Assembly (NCBI GenBank): GCA_011109175.1
Contig: RDEW01000007.1
Location: 1,378,295 to 1,442,294 of the forward strand
From: Dicyema japonicum
Lineage: Eukaryota; Animalia; Dicyemida
Reading direction: 5' to 3'
DNA length: 64,000 nucleotides
In this document: positions 1-12,923 of the stretch, piece by piece
Layout of the letters: each line of letters starts with the position of its first letter
Numbering within the stretch: position 1 is the stretch's first letter
Position numbers and translations under genes: made by a program
Notes under the pieces: model-generated
Databases searched by the model: none
Told to the model about the DNA's origin: nothing
Seen by the model: the letters and a program-made list of their open reading frames with translations, nothing else

Positions 1-1300
1 GAACACTTTTTGTCTTGTCCTCCCCATCTGTAATACGTGGTATTTCCCAGTATATGAGTCAATGGCTTTGCTTCCCTTTAAGTTGCTCGACATCCTGTTC
101 TAAACGACTTCTCCATTCTTAATCATTCTCAAGGATTTATCGATTCGTTGCAATTTTTATTGATGCTCTCTTCAACTTTTTTAACAGTGCGACAATCTGT
201 TGCTTTGTTTTTTAAAGTAACATTCCCTAAGACCATAAATGAGGTAGAGAATCACTGTTTGTTACTTGATGAACAGAAATGTGTTCGTACCAAGCCTTAG
301 TTTCCATATACAGAAGAGTACCTGATGTGTTTTCTTTTTATACTCGCTATGTCTCCGGTTAAGTTTCCTGTTTTCTTAAAAACAACATTCATGTATTTTA
401 CGGAGTCAACATGATTGACTCCATCCAAAGTGCCTCCTTCACGTCCACATCTCCTCAGTCAAAATGGATGGCATTTGTATCGTAGTTTCAGCCCATGTAG
501 GCTACACCAGTTCCTGATTTCTTCCATATATAGTCTTTGCATCCATTTGAGAGTGTACTCGATCTTAATGCGTCGGATGTGAGCACATTGTCGGCATATA
601 ATAACTGTCTTTTACTTGGGCATTTAGGTAGAGGAAAGCTTGTCATGATAATGCCAAAGAGTAGAGGGCAGAGGATACATCCTTGAGGGACTTCTCTCTC
701 CAGCTCTACTATATTAAACAGGTAACGTTCGTGTTTTATCTAAAAGTTTCTTTCGCGAAGTTTTACTGAAAACGATTAGTTCCATTATCTTCGAGCAAAT
801 AAGATCGATAGATTTGCGGATCTTTCCTCGGTTTTCCTGGTTTTGCTATCATTAGAACATTTGTCGTTTTCCAGCTATCAGGAGAGTATGGCATATTTGA
901 GACCTCCCATTAAACACATTCAAGAAAAATCCAAGTAAAACTTCAGGGCCTACTGTATAATCATCTTCACCTTCAGGAGTGAGATTTCCTCAGCAGTTTA
1001 GGGTAAGTTACCCTGAGGTACAGTATCAACCTCAAAAGAATCTCTCAACGTTCCAAAGTAGCAAAAAATAACGGGCATGTACAAATTCTTATTGAGTTGG
1101 GTCTCAAAGATAAAAAGCATCGCTTTATCCGTGGAGAAAGATCTGGTTTTCCAATTTTTATAGCACAATATTGTCGGGGTGATTCCTTACCATTCTGATA
1201 GACTTTCCAGAAGGAAGGATTGTATTTATTCAATTTACTCAATTCAGAATTCCATTTGTCCTCGGACTAAGATGGACCACCTATTTTTGTAGATTTTTAA
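1..1300 (-). mobile_element. Decayed APE-RT LINE fragment (RT region)
   Basis: Manual minus-strand reading gives VPQGCILCPLLFGI and a VIYADN (YADD-like) motif; many stops and frameshifts; boundaries approximate. Confidence 0.7.
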
Positions 1301-1896
1301 TCATGCTGGTCCGAGCATAGTATTTTGCAGATTTACATTTTTCCAGTTGTTTCAACCTCATGTTGTTTCTCTTTACAATCGAAGATACGTCTGCCCGATA
1401 AGAAGAGGGAAATTAGGGAAACTCCTAGTTTGTTTCCCTTGTGGGCAAAAAATTGGTTGTTTTCTTTTGATGTAAAGATTTTCAAGATTTTCTGATTCCG
1501 GTGTCTATGGTTAGCTTCCTCTCTCATTTCCTTGAATACTACTAGAAAGATCTAGACCCTTTGCCATTGACTCTGATATTCTTCATAGATTTTAACGCTC
1601 ATAAGGAGTAGGGAAATATAATATTGCCTTCGCTCTATTCAATGACAGATACTACAACTGTCTGGGGGATGTTTGTTAACCTTAATGTCATCTTCCACGT
1701 TGTTTCCTTGTCGATGTGTACGTCATATTGCATTTTCATGTTGCTTCCATTTGCTTTCCTTGAGTATTCCTTTGATTTCTGAATTCTTTGAATTATCGGT
1801 GCTAAGAGTTATACACATGACTTATTAAAATTGTCAGGTCTCATCTGGGTTATTATACTCAGATGGATACGATAAGAAACTTTTTCCTTTATAAAA

Positions 1897-1976
1897 ATTC
1901 AAATACAAACCGTAGGAGGAAGCTAGCCATGGAACCAAGATTCAAATACAAACCGTAGGAGGAAGCTAGCCATGGA
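1897..1976. repeat. 37-nt direct repeat, 2 copies, period 43
   Basis: attcaaatacaaaccgtaggaggaagctagccatgga starts at 1897 and 1940. Confidence 0.9.
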
Positions 1977-2254
1977 CACCGAAATCACTTAATTAGACGA
2001 TAACTCTTATCCTCTTCTTATGGTTTTGTGGTTAATAGACTATTATACCAACAGCTTCAAATAGATGATCCTCAAGTTCTGAGATGGCAAAATCAGAGCC
2101 TTAACATAAGTGCATTCGAGACTTTTTTTTTCTCAGAATTTAGGGTTTCCGATATTTCTTGAGTCAGCAACCTCGTCCATGCTCACAAGAGGGAAATTGG
2201 TTTTAATCTACCATGAAACTCGCTGTCGTCAAAGGTAGGAAAGACACTGAAATT

Positions 2255-4460
2255 GAAATTAATTTCTGAAGACCACAGTTAACGACAAAAACAAGAAATT
2301 ATGTGATCCCGGCGAATTTCAATAGGGCTCTCAGCTTGGTCCGGTGGTCTTCCCTCGATCCAACACAAGCACGCACTAGAAAAGTGATCCTCTGGTATCG
2401 TCGAGTTTGGCCTCCTTTTCTTCTTATTAGGTCTTCCAGGGGGTAGGTGTAAATTTAGATCGCCTTTGATCCAGTTTTCTATCACGGAAAACGATCTTTT
2501 TTGGGTTGCCCCAATTCTCTGGCATTCGTCCAAGAAATTGAGGGCCCCATGATTCACATGCATATGCTCGACGTACTGGCTGTATAGTGATTTCAGAACG
2601 AGATGACTTCCGATCTTCCATAAACCAGAGATCCCATTCAAGAGGTTGATTTTCTTTTCACATTTGTTTAAAACATTTTCCACGTGGCGCGAGAAAATCA
2701 TATAGGTGTCGAATACTACTCCCAAGATCTTCTGCCATTTTTGAATGACAACTTCCATCTGCTTCTACATCCACTGTCCTGTTGGATGTTCTCTTATCAG
2801 AGGTAAGGAGAGACGTAACCGATTGACAGACTGTTTTCACTTAACCAGTAGATTAAGCAGTTTACAAGTAATTGTAATCTCTCCGAGGGGACTTGAACGT
2901 CTTGGTCCCTGGATGCAATAACAATATCATCTCTCATAAGCTAGTAAAAGTCATCCCCATGTTCTGGAGTCGGGACATCATTCAAGAAAAGGTTGAAGAG
3001 TATAGGGGACAGAGGAGATCTTTAGGGTATTCCATTTGGAATTATACGGGAGATCGACCGTAAGTTTCCCAAACAGACCCGTACTCTTCGTCCACTGAGG
3101 AAATTCACCAGCCTGAGTTTGAAATTCCCAGGTATATCCGTCTGATAGATTTTCCTGGTGAGTCTTTTCTTGGGATGAGTCAAATGCCATGTGAATGTCT
3201 ACAGAACATAGAATTGTCTTTTTGTGCCTGGATTTGTCGGTGAACCCGAGCGAATAAAATCACTCAGGGATAGTAGGTAGGCTATTTGTCGAGTGAAGGG
3301 ATTTAAATCCGTGTTGGAATGGTTTCTCTGGGATTGTTCCTCTGATCTTCTGAAGAACTGGTTTTTCCAAAATTTTCGACATTGAAAATAGCAACGATAC
3401 CGGTCTGAATGATGCCGGGTCGTTTTTTGGTTTCCATCTTCAATATCGGGCGGATGTAGGCGAGTTTCCATAGTGAGGGATCGCGTTTTCCCTTAAAGAC
3501 CAATTATAATCTTTGTAAAGGTCCTGATCCTCTCCGGTCCAAAATTTTTCAGCAGGATAACAGGGATTCCATCGGGCCGTGGGAATAGGTAGTCTTTGTA
3601 TTTAGCAGTGCTTCTTTTACATCCGTTTCTGAAAAGTAGGAAAATAAGCGGTCCCTCTTCGGTTATTCCAAAAGAAGTTGACCTGTCTTGATCTTCCGTT
3701 TCTCTTTATGGGCAATTTTCACATAATACTTCATAATGGAATTCAGATCCTTCTGGCTGTATTCGGATTCGTCGATTGGTCTATCATCAACCCTTGATAT
3801 GTCCAGAATGATTTTCCATACTTGGGGTTGTCTGATTTAAGTTCAAAGCTGTGAGAACTCGTGACCATTTTGCTTTCTGTATTTTAAGTTCTTTGGCCTT
3901 TATATTTTCATTCAGTGCTTTCAGTCGGAGTTTTGCCTCGGTTGAGCGAATTCCAGCCTTTTGAGGCTATTCTTTCCTTGACCAAAGCCTCTTGTGTAGC
4001 AGGTGTGTCTTATTGGGGCAGCCATTTTTCTCCCTTGCAGAATGATGTCATTTATGTGATACACCGCCTTGTCAAGAAAGGAGAAATCCTCCAGATTTAC
4101 GTCAGCCAAACGATATTCAGTAATAATCCGGAAAAGGTTCCAGTTTGCGGATTTGTACATGTAGGTCGGCTTCTTTTATCACAAAATACCTCCCTCGGAT
4201 CTTCAATAAAATAGGGTTGTGGTCGCTTCTGGTATCGTATATGACGGACCAAGTTACTCTTGTAGAGAGGGTTGGAGAGCAGAGAGTGATGTCTGGGGAT
4301 GTGGGATGGTCAGAATTCCTGAAAGGGGTTGTTGTGTGTTTCGAGGGGTCATTAATGATCATCAGTTTTCCAGACTGCGAGAGTAGAAGTCTTCCTCTTG
4401 CATCGACAGGCTGACTTGACAGCCAAATGGGATGTTTGGCAATCAGGTCTCATCAGATCA
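2255..4460 (-). mobile_element. Ingi-like APE-RT LINE, internally deleted and frameshifted
   Basis: APE motifs GDLIAKHPIW and SPDIT...SDHNPI (4117-4450), RT pieces (3199-3503, 2978-3190), C-terminal LGVVFD (2279-2758); ends in the family 3' motif cgggatcacataa. Confidence 0.85.
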
Positions 4461-4529
4461 AGATATCCAGACAAACAAGCAGAAAACTTCAACCAATTAG
4501 CCACGCAGCACCACATGGCGCCAGGCGGC
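4461..4529 (-). mobile_element. SINE1 5' head (copy E) joined to the LINE APE region
   Basis: Reverse complement ccgcctggcgccatgtggtgctgcgtggctaattggttgaagttttctgcttgtttgtc matches the 5' ends at 47316, 40093 and 50066. Confidence 0.85.
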
Positions 4530-4669
4530 TCTTAAATTAACCAAATATTGAATACAAGTGGGAAACAATAACATAATTAAGAGCAGACACAGAAAATCAA
4601 AGATATCTATTTTAAATTATAAATTACTTTTAATTTGTATTTTTTAAATATTTTCATTTTTTAAATCGC

Positions 4670-5096
4670 ATGGTGGTGGAAACTATTGAATCTGGTTTTA
4701 TACAATTTTTAACTATAAGGGAACAATAAAATGATATTTGTCTCTGAGGAAGACTTAAAGGATCTTCCCGACCTTAATCTTGTTGACGTTGAACGGGAAT
4801 ATGGAGCGATTATGCCAAACGGTGAGATTAATTGGCTCTGTCCTTGTTTGGGAGGAATGACATGTGGTCCCTGTGCTGCTGAGTTCCGGAAGGCCTTTTC
4901 GTGTTTTCATAGCAGTGAGGATGAGGTTAAAGGACAAAACTGTTTGGATGATTTCCACGAAATGCAAAAATGTATGGCCAAATTTCCTAAGGTTTACGCA
5001 AATGAAGAACAGGTACCTGATCTCAACAACCAGGAAAACGAAACCAATAAATTATTAATTCTGACTTTTTTTATAATCCAGTCTTATTTTAAATAA
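4670..5096 (+). CDS. CHCHD4: Mitochondrial intermembrane-space import oxidoreductase MIA40
   Basis: join(4670-4694,4720-5096) with a 25-nt intron gives MVVETIESGNNKMIFVSEED...INWLCPCLGGM; CPC motif plus twin CX9C. Possible further 21-nt intron at 5013-5033. Confidence 0.95.
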
Positions 5097-5104
5097 TAAA
5101 TTTT

Positions 5105-5330
5105 AATGTTTTTTGCGAAGGCGTTTTATCTAATCACCGCCGTTTGAGTCTCTGCTTCAGCCAAAGTCCTTTGCGGGGTCTCAGGGCTCGCATCTCTTCG
5201 AAGCAGGCCTTCGTGAAGAGATGCGTCCGCCTTTTCTCCCACGACCCCGGAAGTCTCCACCGCAATAGGGGTGAAATGGTGGTAATCGCTGAGAGATCAT
5301 TACTTTCGGATTTTCCCGCCCTCAGTTTTA
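5105..5330 (-). mobile_element. CRE-clade (REL endonuclease) retrotransposon 3' fragment
   Basis: Minus strand reads FTPIAVETSGVVG and GLWLKQRL, homologous to the CRE C-termini at 12100-12372 and 33180-33317. Confidence 0.65.
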
Positions 5331-5679
5331 ATGTTATGTGTGAGGTATTGAGTCTATTATTAGGAATATTCGAGAATTAATTACTAATAATTTTCTTTGT
5401 TCCCCCCCCCTAAGCAAATGGTTTTTTTCAAATTCCTCCAATATGAGCGAGCTTGATAGCAACCAAAGGTCACTCTCAGGACCACTAATGTCACTAAGTG
5501 ACTTGTAACGTGCGAATACTATCAGCTGAGTACTTGATGGTATCCGCCTCCTACAACTAATATGCCCCAGACGGGATTCGAAACGAAACATTTGATTTGA
5601 CCCCCCAAATCTCATTCTAACATTAATAAATTGATGTGTCGGTCTTTCCGTAGTACTGTCTTTTTTTAAGGTTAAGAAC

Positions 5680-8459
5680 CATTTGCTCTTCCCCACCCAG
5701 ACTCTTTATGCCTGGATGGTATACCTCAACTGGAAACTCGAGATGTTGTTTGTTCCCCTGGATTCTATTGCTTTCTGGAGATATTGAACAAAACCCTGGA
5801 CCAAAACCCTTTGTTATTATGCAACTCAATGCTAACGGAATAAAAACAAAGATTCGATCTTTATTAACGAAGCACAAGATTGACATCTGCCTTATCCAGG
5901 AGTCAAAACTATCTACAAAGAGTTCAACCCCACTTTTTCCTGGATACATCTCTATCAGAAAAGACCGCATTGGACGTGGTGGCGGCTTACTCACAATTAT
6001 CAGAAACGGTCTATCCTTCCACGATGTAAGCTTGCAAGTGGATGATTTAATTCTACACGACAAGACCGCGGAACAAATTTCTATTGATCTTATTAATGGG
6101 TCAGAACATCTTATTCTAATCAACATTTACATTCCACCGCCGGGATCCTGTCCTAATAACTATGTTCCGAAGCTCGACAAACTACAAGAAATTCGAAATG
6201 TGTTGCTATGTGGGGATTTCAACGGCAAACATCCGCAATGGCTTAGTACCCAGTCGGCAGACAAGAGGGGGAGTCTAATTATCGACTCTCGAAAAAATGG
6301 TGATTCTGAATCACCCGAATGTGTTCACAAGGACACCTATCCGAAGAAATGACAACCCAACCTCCCCCGACATATCCATTGCTTCTTCTAGGATTACCCC
6401 GAAGATTTCATGGAACGTCTCCTACGATTTTCATAGTGATCAATAACTCCATTGCTTCCTCTAGGATTGCCCCGAAGATTTCATGGAACGTCTCCTACGA
6501 TAAGATTTCATGGAACGTCTCAAATTATATTAAAACTGAGCCGATTCAATAACTCGCGTAGAATTAAAGCAACCTTCAAGGTCTACAAGAAAGCTGACTG
6601 GTCGAATTTCAAGCTCTTCGTTGACAATAACCTAATACACTTTGATCCCACCTCATTTTGCTCCATCGACATGCTTAAATCAGAGAATTACAAAGCTCAT
6701 CAGAGAAAAGAAAGATAGGGCGTGGAAGCTCCTATTATCATCTATTGGACATATGAAATCCACGAGTCTTTTATGGAAAACTATTCGTCGAATCAAGCTA
6801 AACTTATCAGATGAATCAGAATCTTTTTCTGCTCCAAATACTGTGCAAGCTAACAACCTAATGAAATATTACGCATCCATAAGCCACAAGGACTTCTCGA
6901 AATCCCATTATTGTCAATTTCGGAATTTAGTGCCTAAACCAACTTCATGGATCAATCTGTTTACGCATGCCGAGGTCACACAGGCTATAAGATCGATGAA
7001 GAGATCTTTACGTGTGGACCTGACGGCATCCCGGGAATTTTGTTAAAACACCTTGGTAATGCTGCAATCAATTCAATTACGTCAATTTTTAATTTGTCTT
7101 CTAACATGAACGTCATCCCATGCAAATGGAAAAACTCACTTATAATACCGATCCTTAAACCAGGAAAACCGAAAACCTTACCTTCTTCCTACCGTCCAAT
7201 TTCATTAACGTGCGCATTATCGCGCCTAATGGAGAAACTCGTACTCTGGAAAATTAAACCCCATTTGCCCGACTGCCACTTTCAACATGGTTTCAAATGT
7301 GAGCGTTCAACTACGACACATTTGACTTCACTGTCTCAATTTATATCAGAAGGGTTCAACGTACCGAAACGCCATCTACGGACAATAGTGGTTTTCTTGG
7401 ATATCCAGAAGGCGTTCGATTCTGTCTCGAGAACATTACTCACGAAGAAGTTTTTTGACACACCATTCAGACGGATTTGAAAAGATGGATAGCCAATTTT
7501 CTCTCCGGAAGAAGAGGACGTGTCTGTATAGACCACGCAAGATCGAGGTCCCGTCTCCTACCAAATGGCGTCCCTCATGATCGCCCTCTCTCCGGCATTA
7601 TTCAACTTGTTCCTCAACGATTTACCCTGCCCTGGAGGACCAGATTCAATGCTTCTCACTTATGCTGACGACCTAATCATCGCTAGCAGGAACAAATACG
7701 TGGGTACAGCAAAATCAGAGCTTCAGTCACATATTGACGACCTGGGAGCCTGGTTGAAGTTGAATCGTCTCTCCGTATCCAGGGATAAATCAACGTATAC
7801 AATCTTCACCACGGACAGAAAAGAAAAACATACACTGGATTTGAACATTTTTGGAGACTCCTTACCACTACAGACTCGTCCAACTATCCTGGGAGTGACA
7901 TTTGACCCTTTGATGACATTTTCTCAACATGTGAAGAACGTTATGACAAAGGGTCTCAGGAAACTTAATATAATCAAACCGCTCTTGAAGTCCAAACCTT
8001 CACAGGAATGCGCCCTCGTCGTTTTCAATTAACTCCTAAAATCGACGATTGAGTACGCTTGTGCCTCATGGGCCTATGGAGCTTCGATATCAAATTCACT
8101 CAAGATCAATACCCTAATTAGTAAACTAGCACGTCAAACGAATCTACTCCCGATCTTTTCCCTCCAATGCTTGACCACGCCGCAATCAAAAATAATGGCT
8201 CCGGCTTCATCTGTCTGTGTGGCAAGTCGTTTCTTCCATTCAAGGCTAAAGGCCTCAAATACACGAAATTTGGGGAAAAACCCCACTCCTCTTCAAACTC
8301 TAATGAAAGATGATCGTCGTCTATTCAGGAAAGCCGTGGGTACTCTGGAGGAACACAGGAAAAACCTCTCGATCCTGTTGAGGCGTACCGGGATCACTTA
8401 ATTAGTTGGTTTACTCCTTCTTTCTTGGTGTTCCCTTTTCGGGTTATTAAATAAATAAA
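5680..8459 (+). mobile_element. Near full-length Ingi/L1Tc-like LINE (2A peptide-APE-RT), frameshifted
   Basis: LLLSGDIEQNPGP, then APE (IQESK, GDFNGKH), RT (YRPISL, QHGFK, FLDIQKAFD, GVPH, YADD) and LGVTFD; 3' tail cgggatcacttaattag...gggttattaaataaataaa. Confidence 0.9.
6375..6521. repeat. Nested tandem duplication inside the LINE
   Basis: About 54 nt repeated at 6375 and 6448, plus a third 20-nt copy aagatttcatggaacgtctc at 6502-6521. Confidence 0.85.
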
Positions 8460-8539
8460 GGTTAATAAAGCAAAAATGCTTGCTTGAATATCAAGCACTC
8501 TTGTTGATATTAATTAACTAAGGAAGTTGATTAGACATA

Positions 8540-9040
8540 AGGAAGATACGGACTTATAAAAACCGAAAACGGCCGTTTATTGTTGATATTAAAATGGTTA
8601 GTGGTATTGAGTTACTTTAGAACTATAAATACGATCCCAATAAGACCTATTACAATTTTGAGGGTGCGGAGATTATTACTCCTAAGAATATATACCACCA
8701 AGTAGTAAATCTATAAATATTAGATATGTCTTGAGTACGAAGAATTGATTGATCAAGCAATTGCTAATCAACAAGAGAAGAAGGTTAGTTTATTTTTTAA
8801 CAAACACAGATACCTCACAAAATAGAAGAAAGAGCTCCCCCAACACCAATATTTGAAAAGAAAGTCATTCCTGTCGGCATCTTTGGGGACAAATATTCCC
8901 CTAAACTTTCACGTACAAATCATATTAATGCAAACAATGTTGGGAGTCGCGAAATTGATAAAACAAATAAAGTTAAGGCAACTAAAAAGAACAAATCAAA
9001 TAAAAACACTTCACGTAAGAAAAAACAAAAGAACAAGTGA
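8540..9040 (+). CDS. Hypothetical multi-exon protein with basic C-terminal tail; 5' end unresolved
   Basis: Short GT-AG introns join GLIKTENGRLLLILKW / YKYDPNKTYY...IYHQ / ICLEYEELIDQAI / IPHKIEE...KKKQKNK-stop(9038-9040). Confidence 0.45.
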
Positions 9041-9676
9041 AGAATGTAAACACTAACAAGAAATCTGGAAAATCTAACTGTCCACCAAAAACAAATAGAA
9101 ACCATGCATTAAAAAAATCTTTAAAACTTAGTAATTTTGACATTTTTTAATTGAGTTTGTTTTTAATTTTATTACCTGAAATGTCAAATGACAAATGACA
9201 GTCAATTTTTTGCTCTTTGACTTCTTCAATTCCTAAGAAGCGCTATTTGATGTACCTAACTAAATAGACGCCTGGTAGCTAACCGGCAGCCAAAAAGACC
9301 CTCTCTTCCATACTCTTGTGGAAGGCTTCCACAGTGGCAAATATAGAAGAACGTGATGTTTGGAAAATGCGTCCTACCTAGAACATGGAAACTGAATAAA
9401 AACTCTTTCATGTATATCTGACTCCTTTCTATTTTATCCTTTTTCCTCGCGGAGGGTCAGTGATCTGCCTCCTATGAGTCCAGATGTTTCCATGACGACT
9501 GGTTTAAAAATGAACTGTCGGGCTAGAAATTCGTATTTCTTAAGGGTCTCAGTTTTTTCCGAGCCTGGGTGAGTTGCTGTCATAGCATTAATTTCTGGCA
9601 TTTTATTAAATTTCTATGTCAGCCTTTAGTTCCATATAATCCACGATAACACCAGACTAACTAATCAACTGATCAT

Positions 9677-10531
9677 AAGGGCGATTTTTATTTTGACTTT
9701 ATAAATCGGAAATTTTGATCTAAAAATTGACTTTAAAATTGCAAAATTTTGACTTTTTTGATGATAAATTTATTTACAGATTATCTGACAGATAATCGAA
9801 AAGTTAGCCGCAGAAGACAATGACGACAAGATATTAAAAATATTTTTTTGTGATCAGAAATTCTTACAATAAATGTATTGACATATTTCTGTCCACACTT
9901 TTTCAGGCAAGTGTAATTAGAAGGAAGATTATGTCCAATACCCTCAAACAAGTCTCGTTAGCTTTTACTGTTCATCTTATGGAAGAGAATATCGGATTCG
10001 ACAAAAGCCTTAGTGACTTTATCGTTCCATGTGTTCGGCAGATGGGACAAGAAAATCAATGGGTTTCATAGTATTGAAACGTAAAATAGTTATAAAAATA
10101 ATAAACCTGCTAATTTGAATGATTTTTAGACGATCTATGCGATTCAATAAAAAATGCTTTTTTACAGTTAAATGTCCCACATAAATTCCAAAAAATTTCT
10201 TGTGAGTTGATGATAGAAAATTCATCAGGATATTTCTAACAACAGACTTAATATTGACAATGTCATTCACAATTGAACGCGGCATCACAGTGAATGTTGA
10301 TAATTGATCCCACGCTAGTATTTTTATTTTAAAAATCGAAAAATTAAAAAAATAAAAATCAATAAAAATTTTGACTTTATTGACCTAAAAATTAAATTTG
10401 ACCTTCTTTGACATTACCCAAATTTTGACTTTTATAACTTTTGATTTATATTATATTTTTGATTAAAAATTACATTTTTATAAGTTTAAAATTTTAAAGA
10501 ATTTTTGACTTAATTGACAAAAATTGCTCTA
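9677..10531. mobile_element. hAT-type non-autonomous DNA transposon
   Basis: Imperfect TIRs aagggcgattttt / aaaaattgctcta; 8-bp TSD ctgatcat (9669-9676) / gtgatcat (10532-10539); many ttgact subterminal repeats. Confidence 0.7.
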
Positions 10532-11559
10532 GTGATCATATTCAGTTATTTCATTAAAGTAAAATAACTATGGGGGAGAGCTGCTGCTGACATTACGGAG
10601 TAAGCGTTTTCGCGGACAACTGCGATCCCAATTCGTTACCTCAACCAGACCGCTTCCCTCACGTCATTCTTTACATTTTACTTCACTGTGTGAAACTGAA
10701 TTTTCCACCATTTCGACTTCTTCCATTTGAATTGACACATGCGCAAATAATAGATGATACACATGATGTGTCTGGTTCATCCCAAAAAACCTCAGATCAT
10801 CAAAGTCTTTATTATTTATTAGTGCTCAACTTAAGTCACAGATTACTACCCAAAAGATCATGAATCGTTGTACATGGACATCCGTGAAATCTTCCTCCAT
10901 GTAGACATTTTCTGGAATTCTTGAATCCATTCATAGATTGTGACCAAACAGATTCCACGAGACTGTGTTATTAACCTATTTAGGGGTTTGCTAGACCCAT
11001 GTCTGTAAAGCTTCGAGTATTCTGGCACCCCAAATACATCTGACAGTTCTCTGAGAGCGTCCGATCTTGGTTGTGACTTTTCTGCTAGCCACCGGTTTCT
11101 TCGCTTGAATAAATATTCTAAAGGTTCCTCTCAGTCAAGGGTGGTATTAAACAAAAATTATTGGTTGATATAATTAATTAAGTTATCAGTATCTTGGTGG
11201 ATAGTCGGTTTAGACAAATTCATAAGACTGGGACTCGAAAGTCGTTCACAGTGAGTTTGGTTAGAAGATACAAATTGGTAATTGGATAAATCCACAAGTT
11301 AGTGATTAAAGAGTTGAGGTGGTGACGTACCTCTATTGCAAGAATCTCTAATAATCTTGATTATAAATGAAAGTCATTATCTCCCTTCATCTCGTGTGCA
11401 TGGACGAAGTGACAAACTTAGACGACATCAGAAAAAAGTAGTTCTAAAAAAGCAACTGTCGGATACCTGTATGATTCGGAGTCTACGTAAAAATTCAGAA
11501 AAAATAATGATCACAAGAAGAAATAGCTATTTTGATCTCATCAACAAATTTGAAGGGGA

Positions 11560-12390
11560 TGATGCCTGAGCAGAAAGATCGTTACAGGACCATCTGCGAG
11601 GATAAATATGAGAGGCTTCTGAACAAATCAAACCAACACAGACGTGCATGTCTAGTCACTGGAAGATGCAAATCGAGTGGCGCATGGATCAATGCACTCC
11701 CAGTTGGCAGTGTCGGGACCCATCTTGACGACGATACTGTCCGCATCGGCATCTCCACCAGACTTGGACTGGAGATTTGCCGGACCCACAAATGCCGATG
11801 TGGCGCAACCGTCGATTGTTATGGACTCCATGCCCTCTCTTGTCGAAGGAGTGCAGGACGATTCCCAAGACACAAGGCGATCAACGGAATTGTCAAGCGA
11901 GCCCTGGAGTCTGCGGGATACCCAGCCATACTAGAACCTGTTGGTCTGGACAGAGGAGACGGAAAACGTCCCGACGGGATCACAATTTTCCCATTCGAAG
12001 AGGGGAAACCTTTGGTCTGGGACGCTACTTGTGTCGACACGCTTTGCCCGTCCAACATTGTCGGGAGCGCGGTAGACACACTGTATTCCGCAAAAAACGA
12101 TGATGGCAAAGGAGAAGTACGAAGCGCTACGCGACCGATTCGCGTTTTATCCGATAGTGGTCGAGACAACTGGAGGAATAAGTGGAAAATCGCTTCGCTT
12201 CCTAAAGAAACTTGGACGCTTAGCTACACTAAAAAGCCACGACGCACGTGAGACCCGGTGGCTACTCCAGTTGATCTCTGTTGCAATTGTGAGAGGCAAC
12301 GCAACGTCGATAATGTCGGCGGGGTCCACTTTGGATGGCAGTTTTAAATATGCTTTACTGGGGATAAATTAACTGATCAACAAATTATAA
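11560..12390 (+). mobile_element. CRE-clade retrotransposon, 5'-truncated (subfamily 1)
   Basis: CRCGATVDCYGLHALSC zinc knuckle, KRPDGITIFPF...LVWDATCVDT REL endonuclease, FYPIVVETTGG and IVRGNA. Confidence 0.9.
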
Positions 12391-12469
12391 CAAAAAGCAC
12401 TGTTCTTACGAGTTAAGAAATTGTTAAAGTATTTGTCGGTTAAGTAAATAATCAAATTTTTAAATGTTA

Positions 12470-12857
12470 TTAATTATTTGCGTAAAATTTGGTTAAAAAG
12501 TCATCAGATTTGGTTGGTTTATTAAAGTAATCCATAATATGATGAGACTGCTTCCATAATTCCTGAGTTTCCACAAAATCCATTTCCCCTCTGGCAATCA
12601 CTATATCAATGACTCGGACATCCTTAATGTGTCTGTTAGCCTCAAACAGTTCCCTCATTTTAATCCTTACTTGATCCACTGTGAGGGGGACATAGTAAGC
12701 ACCAACTGGGGTTAAAACATGAAATACCGATAAATGGAGCCAATCTCAGACATTCCTTGTATAATTTTAAAACTCGTTCCCTTGTCTCATCAACTGATTT
12801 CGACACAACCGGACGTGAGATTTTAACTGCTGAATGTAGTACCTTTGTGACCAACAT
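12470..12857 (-). CDS. NDUFA6: Complex I LYR-family subunit NDUFA6
   Basis: 22-nt intron 12706-12727; SRPVVSKSVDETRERVLKLYK...WKQSHHIMDYF...DFLTKFY aligns with the NDUFA6 pattern. Confidence 0.92.
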
Positions 12858-12923
12858 AACACAGAATTTATATTTAAATATTATTTATTTTAATTAATAA
12901 TTTAAATATTATTTTTTGATGTG

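Noticed and set aside
4449-4456. CTGATGAG on the minus strand, like a hammerhead core
   Set aside because: No stem II or GAAA follows; the sequence is explained as APE coding (GDL...KHPIW).
1897-6521. Short direct repeats as CRISPR-like arrays
   Set aside because: Only 2-3 copies, no spacer series, eukaryotic context, no cas genes.
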